Shown here: piece by piece, positions 57,401 through 64,000 of the stretch
Numbering within the stretch: the stretch's first letter is position 1
How the letters are laid out: the number at the start of each line of letters is the position of its first letter
Assembly (NCBI GenBank): GCA_003697085.1
Contig: RFFU01000074.1
Location: 82,600-146,599 of the forward strand
From: Candidatus Hydrogenedentota bacterium
Lineage (GTDB): Bacteria; UBA8481; J006
DNA: 64,000 bases
Direction: 5' to 3'
Position numbers and translations under genes: made by a program
Notes under the pieces: generated by a model
Seen by the model: only the letters and a program-made list of their open reading frames with translations
Told to the model about the DNA's origin: nothing
The model's database searches: none

Positions 57401-58419
57401 ATCCTTTGACTTCGGCTGGTGATACTTCTGTGAGTTATGATGGAGCGCAGGTGCTGGCGACGCAGAAAAATTTTGGGACGGCAACAGGAGGCCTGCTGGA
57501 TACGGGAGGTTTCATCTCAAATGGGAAGGTTGCAGTAGGGTATGACAAGATTGAAAATGCGCGCCTCTATCTCGCGATCACGATACAAGGAACGCTTTTT
57601 AATGGCGTCGTGAATCTTTCGGATCGACCGAATGGAAAGGTTGATTTTGTATCTCAAATGGAAACGGGGGGCGTATTCTTGGTTTTGAACGTGGACTCGC
57701 GCATTACAAGCGGGGTCGATTCCTTTTCCATCGTTGGAAATTCCGGGTTCAATGACTCGCAGTTAATATATATTCAAACGGGAGATACGCTTTTGGAGCA
57801 GATCCCGGGCCGGGTCTTACTGCGAAAGGTATCGGGTGGGGAAGTCCTTCCGGAATTTTCCGTATTGGCGATAAGAGATTCTGGAATTCAGATTCATGAA
57901 TTCTCAGATACCCCCTTGGTTGTTCGCATCTACTATCCGGATGCCGACAACGACGGATACGTCGATACCACGGCAGGAAAGGTTTTGGAAAAGAGTCTGC
58001 TGATGTACTCTATGGAGGAATCGGAGACGGGGGCTCGGCGTTGGACGCGCGTTGAAGGAGCGCGAGTGAATGCAGAGGAAAATTTCGTCGAGGCGACAGT
58101 ATATCATTTGACACTCTTTACTCTTGTAGGAGGAACGGCGACGAAGTCGCTGTCTTCATTCATCGTATATCCGAATCCGTTTCGTCCGAAATTGGGGCAC
58201 AAGAGTGTTATCTTCGATAATCTTCCTTCGGGGGCGACGGTGCAGATTTATACGATTTCCGGTGATTTGGTCGACGAAAAGGTGGTCCCTGCGGGGAGTA
58301 ATCGTTTGCAATGGGACGGACGCAACGCCTTCGGCCGACTCGTTGTTAGTGGGGTTTATATCTATCGGATCTCCACAACGAGTGAGAGTAAAGTAGGAAA
58401 GTTATTCGTGATTCGGTGA
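48439..58419 (+). CDS. giant secreted adhesin-like protein (3326 aa): signal peptide, IPT/TIG domains, YVTN-type beta-propeller repeats, about 15 tandem ~110-aa DxDxNxN repeats, a conserved pre-CTD module, and a T9SS (FlgD-Ig-type) C-terminal sorting domain
   Basis: The ORF is continuous. N-terminal signal and TM-like segment. IPT-like IEVFNITPTIVKAGSGAPIIISGQNFS and ITAIVPDSGYSGAVTPVTITGTNFD. YVTN-like repeats (AVVNLDDGSIITTV..., IYVFSTVSNTIVDEISV). The C-terminus IVYPNPFRPKLGHKSVIFDNLPSGATVQIYTISGDLV...GVYIYRISTTSESKVGKLFVIR matches T9SS type-A CTDs. Confidence 0.92.
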   Translation: MMLIFLFKMVKKRKRATPAFISTWCWPCALVSFLLGNLIFGVAPPARAAIEVFNITPTIVKAGSGAPIIISGQNFSSTTPVKIGDKPVSPVVYLNSHTLKVSVPTSLDSGVYSITVGSGADSATLVNPRLHVLSFAAEVAYIAGGNDTLAVVNLDDGSIITTVSMPGILGGSNQLPVGMAAAPDGNKIFIASFDGAFPRKIYVFSTVSNTIVDEISVSDPVRIRMFPGGETLAVISNDPPNNVHFFRLSDTTEVYSGGSVSWNGTDLAMHPSGKYFYAIYSSGSYISVIDARDGTTVDSISVTYSGVGPHFLTISPTGDSLYVSFSEQNAFAAVGLTDTGMIRGDTAVIPKATGVMNNAVMVMNLDGTKLFYGGNRVASYGVTNLKTGVASTITGTWNNTNGSARSSDGQYIWATNYSTETLNKIRISDDVEESTIDITSAGGIGGMGILTLPRVIPMNDSMIPYIQSVSLYVPVGGEVTINGFFDSASHYGFTSTDTVWIGGIPVETMTVLGQTLIKATLPSSIPADTVVDVLVKNVVSGMTSDSLGFQPQDTVTVTGPAPTITAIVPDSGYSGAVTPVTITGTNFDPVLTKAYIEGTELANVTYVSPTQLTAEIPNGQSPGVHNISVANYPVNEQWDTLWNAFTVNQTQMEISGALPRNPVLKGDSFWMWIYGSGFDTSMVPTVTLGGVALSRVKVPNTKVITAFYDGVTPLATGWNNVTVSYGAFPDSQAQLVNAVEVFDSGAQYIYLLPYLDASSDSLYVVDVAKNEVVDTIEVGNVGFDGALDISPDGEYLLVTASDGKTLKVVRLSDNTIVSTKTFSQVVTCGVFSQDGSAVYVGYAPVSASAAINKYSFPGFSLLKSYPTSGSVLDFVAISPLEDYAAYGRKWDPTMKLMDLSTGAETILAGTYVNGSDRDIYFSPDGSKLYVTSVNGGATTDSLVVVDVATNTVLYDTLLPVLTGGQNGAYSLVFHPSGDTYFVSSFGGFIAFDAATNRLLDSAALGSQSGGIDILPDGTRVYQGVSSWSGWDGWIYAPVTYPGGNVSLGTPVHTGIPGDIRVIPRGVKYVFRGLVPPHLTIASPDSGIENETQTITLYGSDFSPTPTVYFGGVVSSSVTYVSSTELTVVAPALTAGTYAIRIVNPDLGESTKDSAYTVYPAAAFVPDTAFGSFYKDPSLRDSVSLFVPGDTVYFQVGDTNPNTNAARQETLTVVIITAEGDSASLLLYEDGVSSETFTSETTPLFITDDAGIGVNGTDTYLYAVSGDTFFVIYSDPQDTSDTFFLVAMVLSGASVGVVSLDNGQYSLDSTVTATVIDTDQNKNAVLAETVTVRLVSEVGNDTEWLILTETGNNTNVFDNSGAPVALSDTTGADSGYDGILRVGGADTIHLFYADQSGNIETSAVTVPRQTASSVAFALSEYRIDSSVTVTVTDPDENLNPTVKDQVLVFLTELSTGDTETVTLTETMDTSGVFVSVAGVFLSDTYGADSGQDGVLLCGDADSIQVLYWDRNFSAAADTAVDTTSVFFNSGAGTVTFMAVNEELAIGSESIVIVVYDRDGNKNPRLQDSVYVEVTVDGTARDTEHLVLYETGDTTATFSDSVVGLVSPLKSQENETGTADNGIVEWLVGDILRVTYRDSDGVSPAVQDTVTGVSSASIGSFFGIKLVYELDSAVLIGLSDTDQNRNLSASETVEVVVFDESSNDTEIVVLTERGVDSWLFDNSGSLLKLSDTSGGVVENDGILLVGVGDTIHFRYQDQSGLIDTTTTTLSRQTLASVSFSVSEYRIDSRVVGITVSDADENLSPRRKDVVKVLLRSNLSGDTEYVLLEETTETSGVFVDTAGGVRLSDTTGRLSPWDGVILAGAPDSITVTYVDENNDALADSAVDSVTVLFYPGAASVIIDSSNGVIQTGAESLVIFVFDRDQNADPTVRDTVFVLVTLDTRYADTEYLILRETAETSGIFSDSIAGIVRALSTENNAVGTVNDGVLQTILFDTIVVIYSDSDGVSSAAFATIRTVEPIVASPSSISFGLSAYALDSSLTVILIDTDQNRTPFAVETSAVVLMDTETNDSLVLYLTEANANNSTFAGGAVDLSDTLSGSGRLLVGMLDQVIVQYDDGDAPGAGTDSSTAVMTILFTASNGALNLAADTVTPGGTGLLVTVEDRDRNMDPVSPDTLEVTLRTVIPAPDTEVLILTETTDTSGMFTGTQYVSDTTGAGVGDGILLGRVGETIWILYSDTREGQTDSAEATVLIEPVEESSRTAFDTAVYLQDSFATVFVTDADQDIDPFSPDTVLITLSNGVLGAETEIVVLTETTDSSGIFSGTAVISSNVLDSVAGNGRLFAGVGDSIVAFYTDPTRQSDTSVDTALVLAVPSVSTVILDDLGYAWDSAVTVTVVDTDQNRNRNLQETVTVIVSDTETNDSVVIVLTESGVNSSLFTSSALRLSDTAGGESTLLAGAGDLFSVEYEDRDFPGIGNDTSFGIATVLFIPSSGTLSLASDTVSPGATVVVTVADADENMDPLVRDTLEVILVTTVPGDDTEILELTETTETSGIFANGNGQWVSDTTGAGVGDGILLGRIGSQIRVVYSDTRNGQNDRSETTVTIEVVRSSAVLTFDLSKYTPDTPVRITVTDFDQNLNSFATETVFVILENLNVASETEIYELRETTESSGIFLGTASLSDTPTDSGVYGDGVLYAEPGHLIRAMYQDSVAASDTAAETAAVVSRVPPTASTIQLDSTDYRLTERFTITVTDPDENQKGWVVDQVTVRVVSNGPLADTETFTLTEQSPNAGIFVSNPIDLSDTNTTEGDGILGITVGATLTASYVDKDDATDSASVQATAVAVLTHSISEFVDQGGVARSSFIMGTDTIQIRVVDANQNKNSLAIETINLGPVFTSASGDANSVTLTESDSASGIFLSQEFSMDTGANADNAVVSVDTSLEQITFVYTDPDDPADTSMISAQVVFAIPPIAALKFEAVPGNGGTTVINIYPLTSAGDTSVSYDGAQVLATQKNFGTATGGLLDTGGFISNGKVAVGYDKIENARLYLAITIQGTLFNGVVNLSDRPNGKVDFVSQMETGGVFLVLNVDSRITSGVDSFSIVGNSGFNDSQLIYIQTGDTLLEQIPGRVLLRKVSGGEVLPEFSVLAIRDSGIQIHEFSDTPLVVRIYYPDADNDGYVDTTAGKVLEKSLLMYSMEESETGARRWTRVEGARVNAEENFVEATVYHLTLFTLVGGTATKSLSSFIVYPNPFRPKLGHKSVIFDNLPSGATVQIYTISGDLVDEKVVPAGSNRLQWDGRNAFGRLVVSGVYIYRISTTSESKVGKLFVIR
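51970..57300 (+). repeat. array of about 15 tandem ~110-aa protein repeats (approximate bounds) with the signature [VI]x[DT]xDxNxN...DTExxxLTETxxxSGxF...LSDTxG...DG[IV]L...GDxIxxxYxD
   Basis: The repeat units are read directly in the translation (e.g. IDSSVTVTVTDPDENLNPTVKDQVLVFLTELSTGDTETVTLTETMDTSGVFVSVAGVFLSDTYGADSGQDGVLLCGDADSIQVLYWD). Units are divergent at the DNA level. Confidence 0.7.
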
Positions 58420-59588
58420 TGGAGAACATGGCAACAAGAAACAAACGGATGCTGCTTTCGGCGTTATTATTCCTTTTGATGTTAATATCAGCGACGGGAG
58501 GAGCCGGCCCGGCGAAGGCCTTGACCCCCGATCCTCTGGCAGGGACATCCGGGGTTCAGTTTTTGAATTTCGGGCGCGGCCCGCAGATTATCGCGCTGGG
58601 AGAGAGCTACAATGCGCGTGTATTAGGAGCGGCCGGAATATTTGGGAATCCCGCGTCGATTAGTTTTGCTCAAGACGCTGAAATGATGTTCAGTTTTAAC
58701 CGAATGATAGCGGACATAAATCACAGTCTCTTTTCTTATGTCTCGCCGAATATGATCCATGATCGCTATTCTTTCGCCCTGGGCGCAATTTATACATCGT
58801 TCGGTCGTATTACTGCTCGGGATGCAACAGGGTTCGAACTGGGAAGGAAGCAAGCGTATTCGGCAGCGGTGTTGGCGACAATCTCCGCGAAGTATAATGA
58901 ACATTTTTCGGCGGCCGTTACGTTCAAGGGGATTGGAGAGAGGATCGCGGATGTATACGGGACGGGAATCGCTTTTGACGGAGGCATATATTTCCGGAAC
59001 GTGTTGATTCCGAATCTCGATTTCGGTGCATCGGTGCAAAACATCGGACCTGGTTTGACATTCGACAAAGAAAGCACGCCGTTAACACTGATTTACGGCG
59101 GGGGCTTTTCCTACCGGCCGCCGCGGATCCCGTTGCGCATTTCTCTGGATTTTCAAAAACCTCGCGATGAGAAAACCTCCGCCATGCTGGGGGCGGAGTG
59201 GGACGTGAGGAATCTTCTTTACCTTCGTGGTGGGTGGCGGGAGCGTAGTGGCGCGCGAAGCCATTTTTCGGCCGGAATGGGAATCAGGGTCAATAACGTG
59301 GTTCTGGATTATTCGTATGTCAGGTCGGAGTTTTTAGGCAATACACACAGCATTGCGCTCCGGTATGAGTTTTGGCCGAAGAAGCATTCAGGGGAATCCA
59401 AAAGATACCGTACGGTGGAAAAGGCGGGAAAATATGTGACCGTTGAAGAATCGCCTGGTTCGAGAAGTAATAACTCCGAAAAAACGGAAAAGTCGGTTTC
59501 GAAAAAGGAATCGACCGGAAATGAAAAAACGTCGGCACCGACGCCGCAAAAAACTCCCAGCGAGGGCGAGGATCTATTGGAATTCTGA
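58416..59588 (+). CDS. outer-membrane beta-barrel protein translationally coupled to the giant T9SS cargo gene (PorP/SprF- or PorV-like position); Lys/Glu/Ser-rich C-terminal tail
   Basis: The ATG at 58419 overlaps the upstream TGA stop (TGATG). N-terminal signal peptide LLSALLFLLMLISATGGAGPAKA. Alternating amphipathic beta-strand pattern. The barrel ends in the aromatic-terminal strand HSIALRYEF, followed by a ~70-aa low-complexity tail. Confidence 0.65.
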   Translation: MMENMATRNKRMLLSALLFLLMLISATGGAGPAKALTPDPLAGTSGVQFLNFGRGPQIIALGESYNARVLGAAGIFGNPASISFAQDAEMMFSFNRMIADINHSLFSYVSPNMIHDRYSFALGAIYTSFGRITARDATGFELGRKQAYSAAVLATISAKYNEHFSAAVTFKGIGERIADVYGTGIAFDGGIYFRNVLIPNLDFGASVQNIGPGLTFDKESTPLTLIYGGGFSYRPPRIPLRISLDFQKPRDEKTSAMLGAEWDVRNLLYLRGGWRERSGARSHFSAGMGIRVNNVVLDYSYVRSEFLGNTHSIALRYEFWPKKHSGESKRYRTVEKAGKYVTVEESPGSRSNNSEKTEKSVSKKESTGNEKTSAPTPQKTPSEGEDLLEF

Positions 59589-59592
59589 AAAG

Positions 59593-59621
59593 CGGCTGAT
59601 TAAAACATTTGAAATCAGCCG
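59593..59621 (+). terminator. hairpin downstream of the cargo/OMP gene pair (cggctgat-N13-atcagccg)
   Basis: 8-bp perfect stem seen directly, 5 nt after the stop at 59588. There is no canonical U-tract, so it is weak as an intrinsic terminator. Confidence 0.25.
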
Positions 59622-59692
59622 ATCAATCGAAAAAATACCGGTATCCTTTTTGGGAAAAGAGAAGAAATCATTCATCAAAGGGAGATTAAAGA

Positions 59693-61939
59693 GTGTCGGC
59701 TCGAAACCGTCGGAGCAAGTCCGTTTCATTTCATTCTTCAAATCTTGGAAAAAAGGATTTACAGCTCTTCGGTGACAGTGTCCGCGGACAGGTGACTTTG
59801 CTTGAGGGGGATATCTTCCGCATTTTTCTTTGGAAGAACGAAGAGGATGAACAAAAGAAAAGCGTTGTTCTTAAGCAGGGCGGGTTAGGAACTTTCGATC
59901 TTCGGCGTGAAAACGACTCCCTTTTCTTGTCGGGAAATTCTGAAAGGTCTTTGAGGATTGATCTGAAGCCGTTTTCCTGGGATTGGGACGGTGTGAGGGG
60001 GGGGATAAAGCTGTTTCAGGATGAACGGACCGGCCAAGGTTTGGTTATGGTTTTGGAAGAAGGGAGCGGGCGGCGTTACTATGGTTTGGGGGAACGCGTA
60101 GGGCGTTTGAATAAAAAGGGGCGCATTTGGACGAATTGGAACACCGATCCAAAGAGGGGGGTGCGTTTGAACACGGATCCGTTATACCAATCACATCCTT
60201 TTTTGATTGGTGTGGAAGAGAAGCGGGCGTTCGGGCTTTATCTGGACGAGTCATGGGAAACGAGATTTGACTTAGCCGCCTCTTCCGGAGGGCGGTCGAA
60301 GATTGCAACATGTGGTCCGACATTCGATCTCTATTTGATTCCAGGCCCGTCGATCAAGGAAGTTGTGAGGAGATTTACGACGTTGAGCGGCAAGGCTCCG
60401 CTTCCTCCGCTTTGGGCGTTCGGTTATCACCAATGTCGTTGGGGATATAAAAGCGAAAAGTTTGTCGGAAGAGTGGTGCAGCAGTTTCGAAAATATCAGA
60501 TTCCTTTGGAGTCGATATGGTTGGATATTGATTATATGAGGGGTTATCGGGTGTTTTCATTCGATGAGAGGAAATTTCCGGATCCAAAAAGGATGATAAA
60601 ACGTATGCGGGATCAGAATATTCGCACAGTGGTGATCGTTGATCCGGGAGTGAAATTCGATAAACGGTGGCCTGTCTTCAAGGAGGGCTTGGAGAAAGAG
60701 GCATTCTTGAAGAAGATGAACGGGGAAATTTATGTCGGGAAAGTGTGGCCTGGTAATACGGTGTTTCCGGATTTTTCAAGGGACGACGTGAGAAAATGGT
60801 GGGGGGAGAAGCATCGATTTTATCTGAAAAACGGGGTCGCAGGGATATGGAATGATATGAACGAGCCGACTTCCTTTTCCGGACCGGAGAATTCAGTTCC
60901 CTTTGATACGCTGCATTCTTCCGGAACGACACATGCGAAACTTCATAACCTCTATGGTTATTATATGAATCAGGCCTGTTTTGAAGCCTTGAAAAGAGCG
61001 CGGCCACGAACGAGACCGTTTATCTTGACCAGAAGTGGATTTTCCGGGGTCCAAAAATTCGCGTGGGTGTGGACGGGAGATAATAGAAGCGATTGGAAAC
61101 ACCTTTCGATGTCAATTCCAATGCTGTTGAACCTCGGGCTCTCGGGTGTTCCTTTTGTAGGGGCGGATATCGGCGGTTTCGGGGGTGATTGCGACGGAGA
61201 GCTGTTTGCCCGATGGATGTGGTTGGGGGCGTTTTATCCTTTTATGAGAAACCATTCGTCGACGGGGACCATTCGACAAGAACCGTGGTGTTTTGGAAGA
61301 AAAATTCTCCGAATTGCTCGAGACGCCATTCGATTTCGGTATCGTCTCCTTCCGTATCTTTATACCGTCGCTGAAGAAGCGTGCCGAACGGGAATCCCCG
61401 TTTTGCGTCCGCTCTGTTTGGAATATCCGGACGACGAGAAATGTGCAGAGATAGAGGACGAGTTCCTATTGGGGAATGATCTCCTTGTAGCGCCGGCGCT
61501 GAAGAAAAATCAGAAATGGCGTCGTGTTTATCTGCCGGAGGGCCAATGGGAAGATTTTTGGAGCGGAAGCCGCTATCTTGGACAAAAGTCCATTCGGGTC
61601 GATACGCCGTTGGAATCGATTCCGCTGTTTCTTCGGGCAGGAGCGGCTGTTCCGCTTACCGAAGCATCACTTAACACAAAAAGGGCTGTTTGGAAACCTC
61701 TGATCTGGCGGGTGTCCTTGGCGGAGAGGGTAACGGGGCGGGTGTACGAGGACGAAGGAGAAGGTTTTAAAAAAGGCAGAGTTCGAAAGATCCGCGGTTC
61801 ATTTCGGAAAGGGACTTTGAAATTGACACAAGGAAAGAGTGGGACGACCGGAAAGGTGTTTGTCCTCATCGGTTCGGGGAAACGTTATCCTCTGGGAGGA
61901 AGGAGCCTTGTATTAAGGATACGAGAGAAGAAGATATAG
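59693..61939 (+). CDS. GH31 family alpha-glucosidase
   Basis: GH31 blocks WLDIDYM (catalytic nucleophile region), GIWNDMNEP, and FILTRSGFSGVQKFAWVWTGDN (acid/base region). 748 aa. Confidence 0.88.
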   Translation: MSARNRRSKSVSFHSSNLGKKDLQLFGDSVRGQVTLLEGDIFRIFLWKNEEDEQKKSVVLKQGGLGTFDLRRENDSLFLSGNSERSLRIDLKPFSWDWDGVRGGIKLFQDERTGQGLVMVLEEGSGRRYYGLGERVGRLNKKGRIWTNWNTDPKRGVRLNTDPLYQSHPFLIGVEEKRAFGLYLDESWETRFDLAASSGGRSKIATCGPTFDLYLIPGPSIKEVVRRFTTLSGKAPLPPLWAFGYHQCRWGYKSEKFVGRVVQQFRKYQIPLESIWLDIDYMRGYRVFSFDERKFPDPKRMIKRMRDQNIRTVVIVDPGVKFDKRWPVFKEGLEKEAFLKKMNGEIYVGKVWPGNTVFPDFSRDDVRKWWGEKHRFYLKNGVAGIWNDMNEPTSFSGPENSVPFDTLHSSGTTHAKLHNLYGYYMNQACFEALKRARPRTRPFILTRSGFSGVQKFAWVWTGDNRSDWKHLSMSIPMLLNLGLSGVPFVGADIGGFGGDCDGELFARWMWLGAFYPFMRNHSSTGTIRQEPWCFGRKILRIARDAIRFRYRLLPYLYTVAEEACRTGIPVLRPLCLEYPDDEKCAEIEDEFLLGNDLLVAPALKKNQKWRRVYLPEGQWEDFWSGSRYLGQKSIRVDTPLESIPLFLRAGAAVPLTEASLNTKRAVWKPLIWRVSLAERVTGRVYEDEGEGFKKGRVRKIRGSFRKGTLKLTQGKSGTTGKVFVLIGSGKRYPLGGRSLVLRIREKKI

Positions 61940-61999
61940 GGGGCCGCATGGAGGAAGGCGTACAATAAAAACAAGAAGCGAAAGGAGGAAGGGAGAAAA

Positions 62000-62644
62000 G
62001 TGTTATTGGAACATGGAACAAAGTTGCTGTTCATCGGAGATTCTATTACGGATGCAGGACGAGACCGGGAATGGGGAAATGGGGGATTGGGAAATGGTTA
62101 TGTTATGTTTGTTGATGCCCTGTTGGCGGTTCTGTATCCGGAGAGGCGGATAAAGGTGGTTAACCGTGGTGTGAGCGGCGACCGGATCACGGATCTTCGA
62201 AAACGTTGGAAAACGGACGTTCTGGATGAGAGGCCGGATTGGTTGACGGTGATGATCGGAATCAACGATGTGTGGAGGCAATTCGATTGGGCCGAAGAGG
62301 AACTTAACACACGGGAGGAGTTCAAGGAGATCTATTTATCCCTTTTGGAACAGCTAAGAGGAGAGATGAAAGGCATTATCCTGATGAGCCCTTTTTATCT
62401 GGAAAAAAATCGAGAAGAACCGATGCGGAAAATGATGGATGATTATGGGAGCGCCGTCAAAGAGGTTGCCGAGGAAACGGGAGCGCTTTTTATTGATACA
62501 CAACGCGAGTTCGACGAACTGTTAACCGTTCGACCGACACAAGCCGTGTCTTATGACAGAATTCACCCCTTTCCGGTCGGACATATGATTCTGGCAAAGA
62601 GTTTCCTGAGGGCGATTGGTGCAGAAGGAAATAAGAAGGTGTGA
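62000..62644 (+). CDS. SGNH/GDSL-family hydrolase (cytoplasmic type; GTG start)
   Basis: KLLFIGDSITDAGRD is block I. GVSGDR is block II. IGINDVW is block III. RIHPFPVGH matches the DxxH block V. AGGAAGGGAG RBS upstream of the GTG at 62000. Confidence 0.75.
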   Translation: MLLEHGTKLLFIGDSITDAGRDREWGNGGLGNGYVMFVDALLAVLYPERRIKVVNRGVSGDRITDLRKRWKTDVLDERPDWLTVMIGINDVWRQFDWAEEELNTREEFKEIYLSLLEQLRGEMKGIILMSPFYLEKNREEPMRKMMDDYGSAVKEVAEETGALFIDTQREFDELLTVRPTQAVSYDRIHPFPVGHMILAKSFLRAIGAEGNKKV

Positions 62645-62783
62645 ACGGTATTGTCTCTGTTCGGGAATGAATTTTGCAGGACGAAAGAGGTGATGACTCG
62701 AGACAGAGGAAGTGTGGAAGGCGATTTCAACCAAAATTAGGTGAGGGTCTTAAACGGCAGAATTGGAGTTGAAGGGTGTTGTA

Positions 62784-64000
62784 ATGGAAAGAATATCGGA
62801 TTTTAACAAACAGGACGGGGTGGGAAAGTCAAGGGGGTTTGGAATGTCCGGGAGATGGGAAAGGCCGGGAACGGAACGGATTTTTGGAGAAAGGGGGAGA
62901 GGATTTCCGGCAATCGTCGCAGCGGTGATATGTTTTGTCGTCTTCACGGTGTGGTCTCCCGTTTATGCGGATTGTTTTATTTTTAGGGAGAAGATGCCGG
63001 ACCAATTGGTGCTGGAGGGCATGGAATTAGCGGAGAACAAGGAGGAAGCCTTTCAGGGAGAAAATTGTCTTATGGCGCAAGGGACGAAAGAGGAGCCGCC
63101 CGAAATTCTTTTCCAGCCCTGTGACATTTCTCATGCGAAAGCGATAAGATTTTTCATCAAAACTCTCGGTACGGAGCCGCTTCCATCCATCGTGATTGAA
63201 AGTTTTTCCGGAAAAAACAGTGATGTTTTGGATTTGAATGATTTTCGATCGGAAACGGGGAGGGGGGGGGGATACGTCGAAATAAGCATTCCGATATCTG
63301 CTTTTCAACGGCGGGGAGAGGACATCTCTTCGGTGAAAGGACTGAAATTTCTCCCGGCGACGGATTTTCAAATTTTTTTTCTCGATGACATTGAAATAAA
63401 GGGAGAGGTAAGGAAGGACGCGGAAAGCGAAGCGCGGACCTTTGGCGGGCCGACTCGTCGGCCTTGGAAGAAGGACGTCTCGGAGAGCGAGCAGGAGCAA
63501 ATGCAAGGGGGAGAAGGGGTGGGTGACGGAGAAGAGGTGGATTCTTCGCGGGGTGACTCTCTCGAGAAAGGTTTGAATCAGAATAAAGCGAAAGAGGAAG
63601 AGGAGGCTCCGCCGCCGGGTGTGCCGGCGAAGGGGGACAAGTGGGTTCTAATAAAGTACCGGCAATTGGTTCAGGTGCAAACGGCGAACAATGACGTTCT
63701 GGTTCTGGTATTCCGCGACAACGGGATGAATGATCCCCCCCCGCAGGATGCGAATGCCTACACGATAAACGGGGAAGCACCTCCGGTTGTCGGCCGGTAT
63801 TCGGCGCCGATTTTTGAGGGGCCGAATGTTGATTGGAAAACCCAGCGCTATCCGGTGATCGTGATGCATCGCATGTATCTTCCCTTGCCGAATAAGCAGA
63901 TGCTTGAGGAGGGAAAGACGTATCATATTACCTATCCGGGGGGAGAAACGACTATCGTCTTTTCATCGCGAACGGTTTTGTGTGAGTCGATAAAGGTTAA
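62784..64000 (+). CDS. hypothetical secreted/membrane-anchored protein, 3' truncated by the window end (not in the supplied ORF track because there is no in-window stop)
   Basis: The frame is open from the ATG at 62784 to the window end (>=405 codons). A hydrophobic anchor FPAIVAAVICFVVFTVWSPVYA is followed by domains of non-repetitive, protein-like composition. The frame is preserved across G10 (63262-63271) and C8 (63735-63742) homopolymers. Competing minus-strand ORFs (63027..63506, 63157..63780) translate to Pro/Arg/Ser-rich junk. Confidence 0.6.
   Translation, partial: MERISDFNKQDGVGKSRGFGMSGRWERPGTERIFGERGRGFPAIVAAVICFVVFTVWSPVYADCFIFREKMPDQLVLEGMELAENKEEAFQGENCLMAQGTKEEPPEILFQPCDISHAKAIRFFIKTLGTEPLPSIVIESFSGKNSDVLDLNDFRSETGRGGGYVEISIPISAFQRRGEDISSVKGLKFLPATDFQIFFLDDIEIKGEVRKDAESEARTFGGPTRRPWKKDVSESEQEQMQGGEGVGDGEEVDSSRGDSLEKGLNQNKAKEEEEAPPPGVPAKGDKWVLIKYRQLVQVQTANNDVLVLVFRDNGMNDPPPQDANAYTINGEAPPVVGRYSAPIFEGPNVDWKTQRYPVIVMHRMYLPLPNKQMLEEGKTYHITYPGGETTIVFSSRTVLCESIKV

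Noticed and set aside
1-64000. tRNA, rRNA and CRISPR search
   Set aside because: No TAGCTCAGT/GGTTCGAATCC-type tRNA boxes, no rRNA-like conserved stretches, and no regularly spaced direct repeats were found by eye. An automated scan (tRNAscan-SE, Infernal, CRISPR detectors) would be needed to exclude them.

Overview
A 64-kb high-GC (about 60%) bacterial window, most likely a metagenome-derived genome from a lineage that uses type IX secretion. Every gene family called here is from motif recognition by eye; nothing was searched against a database.

The left third is core metabolism and envelope genes: an M16 peptidase fragment, an AI-2E transporter, accB-like/accC, thiE, a geranylgeranyl-reductase-like flavoprotein, a convergent pssA-psd pair, gloA, a PiT phosphate permease, an HD-GYP phosphodiesterase, msrAB, an ftsB-like gene and arsC. 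The rest is carbohydrate use: a secreted GH13 amylase with a CBM48-like module, malQ, a GH31 alpha-glucosidase, a LacI regulator and an atypical sugar ABC importer. That importer sits with a DUF2961/GH172-like gene, a FucI-family isomerase and an AraB-type ribulokinase.

Two giant secreted proteins (2021 aa on the minus strand, 3326 aa on the plus strand) share a roughly 200-aa C-terminal cassette ending in a T9SS/FlgD-Ig-type sorting domain. The larger one carries about 15 tandem ~110-aa repeats with a DxDxNxN motif and is translationally coupled to a downstream outer-membrane beta-barrel gene.

Other points: a gene between GH172 and the isomerase is broken by two homopolymer frameshifts plus an in-frame TGA. 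A short palindromic hairpin motif recurs in three intergenic regions. There is a 1.1-kb non-coding divergent region, a LacI-type operator candidate, orphan flgG-like and FlaG-like genes, and three SGNH hydrolases. A plausible plus-strand CDS at 62784..64000 is missing from the ORF track, probably because it has no in-window stop. The long GC-rich antisense ORFs are judged spurious. No tRNA, rRNA, CRISPR array or obvious mobile element was seen.
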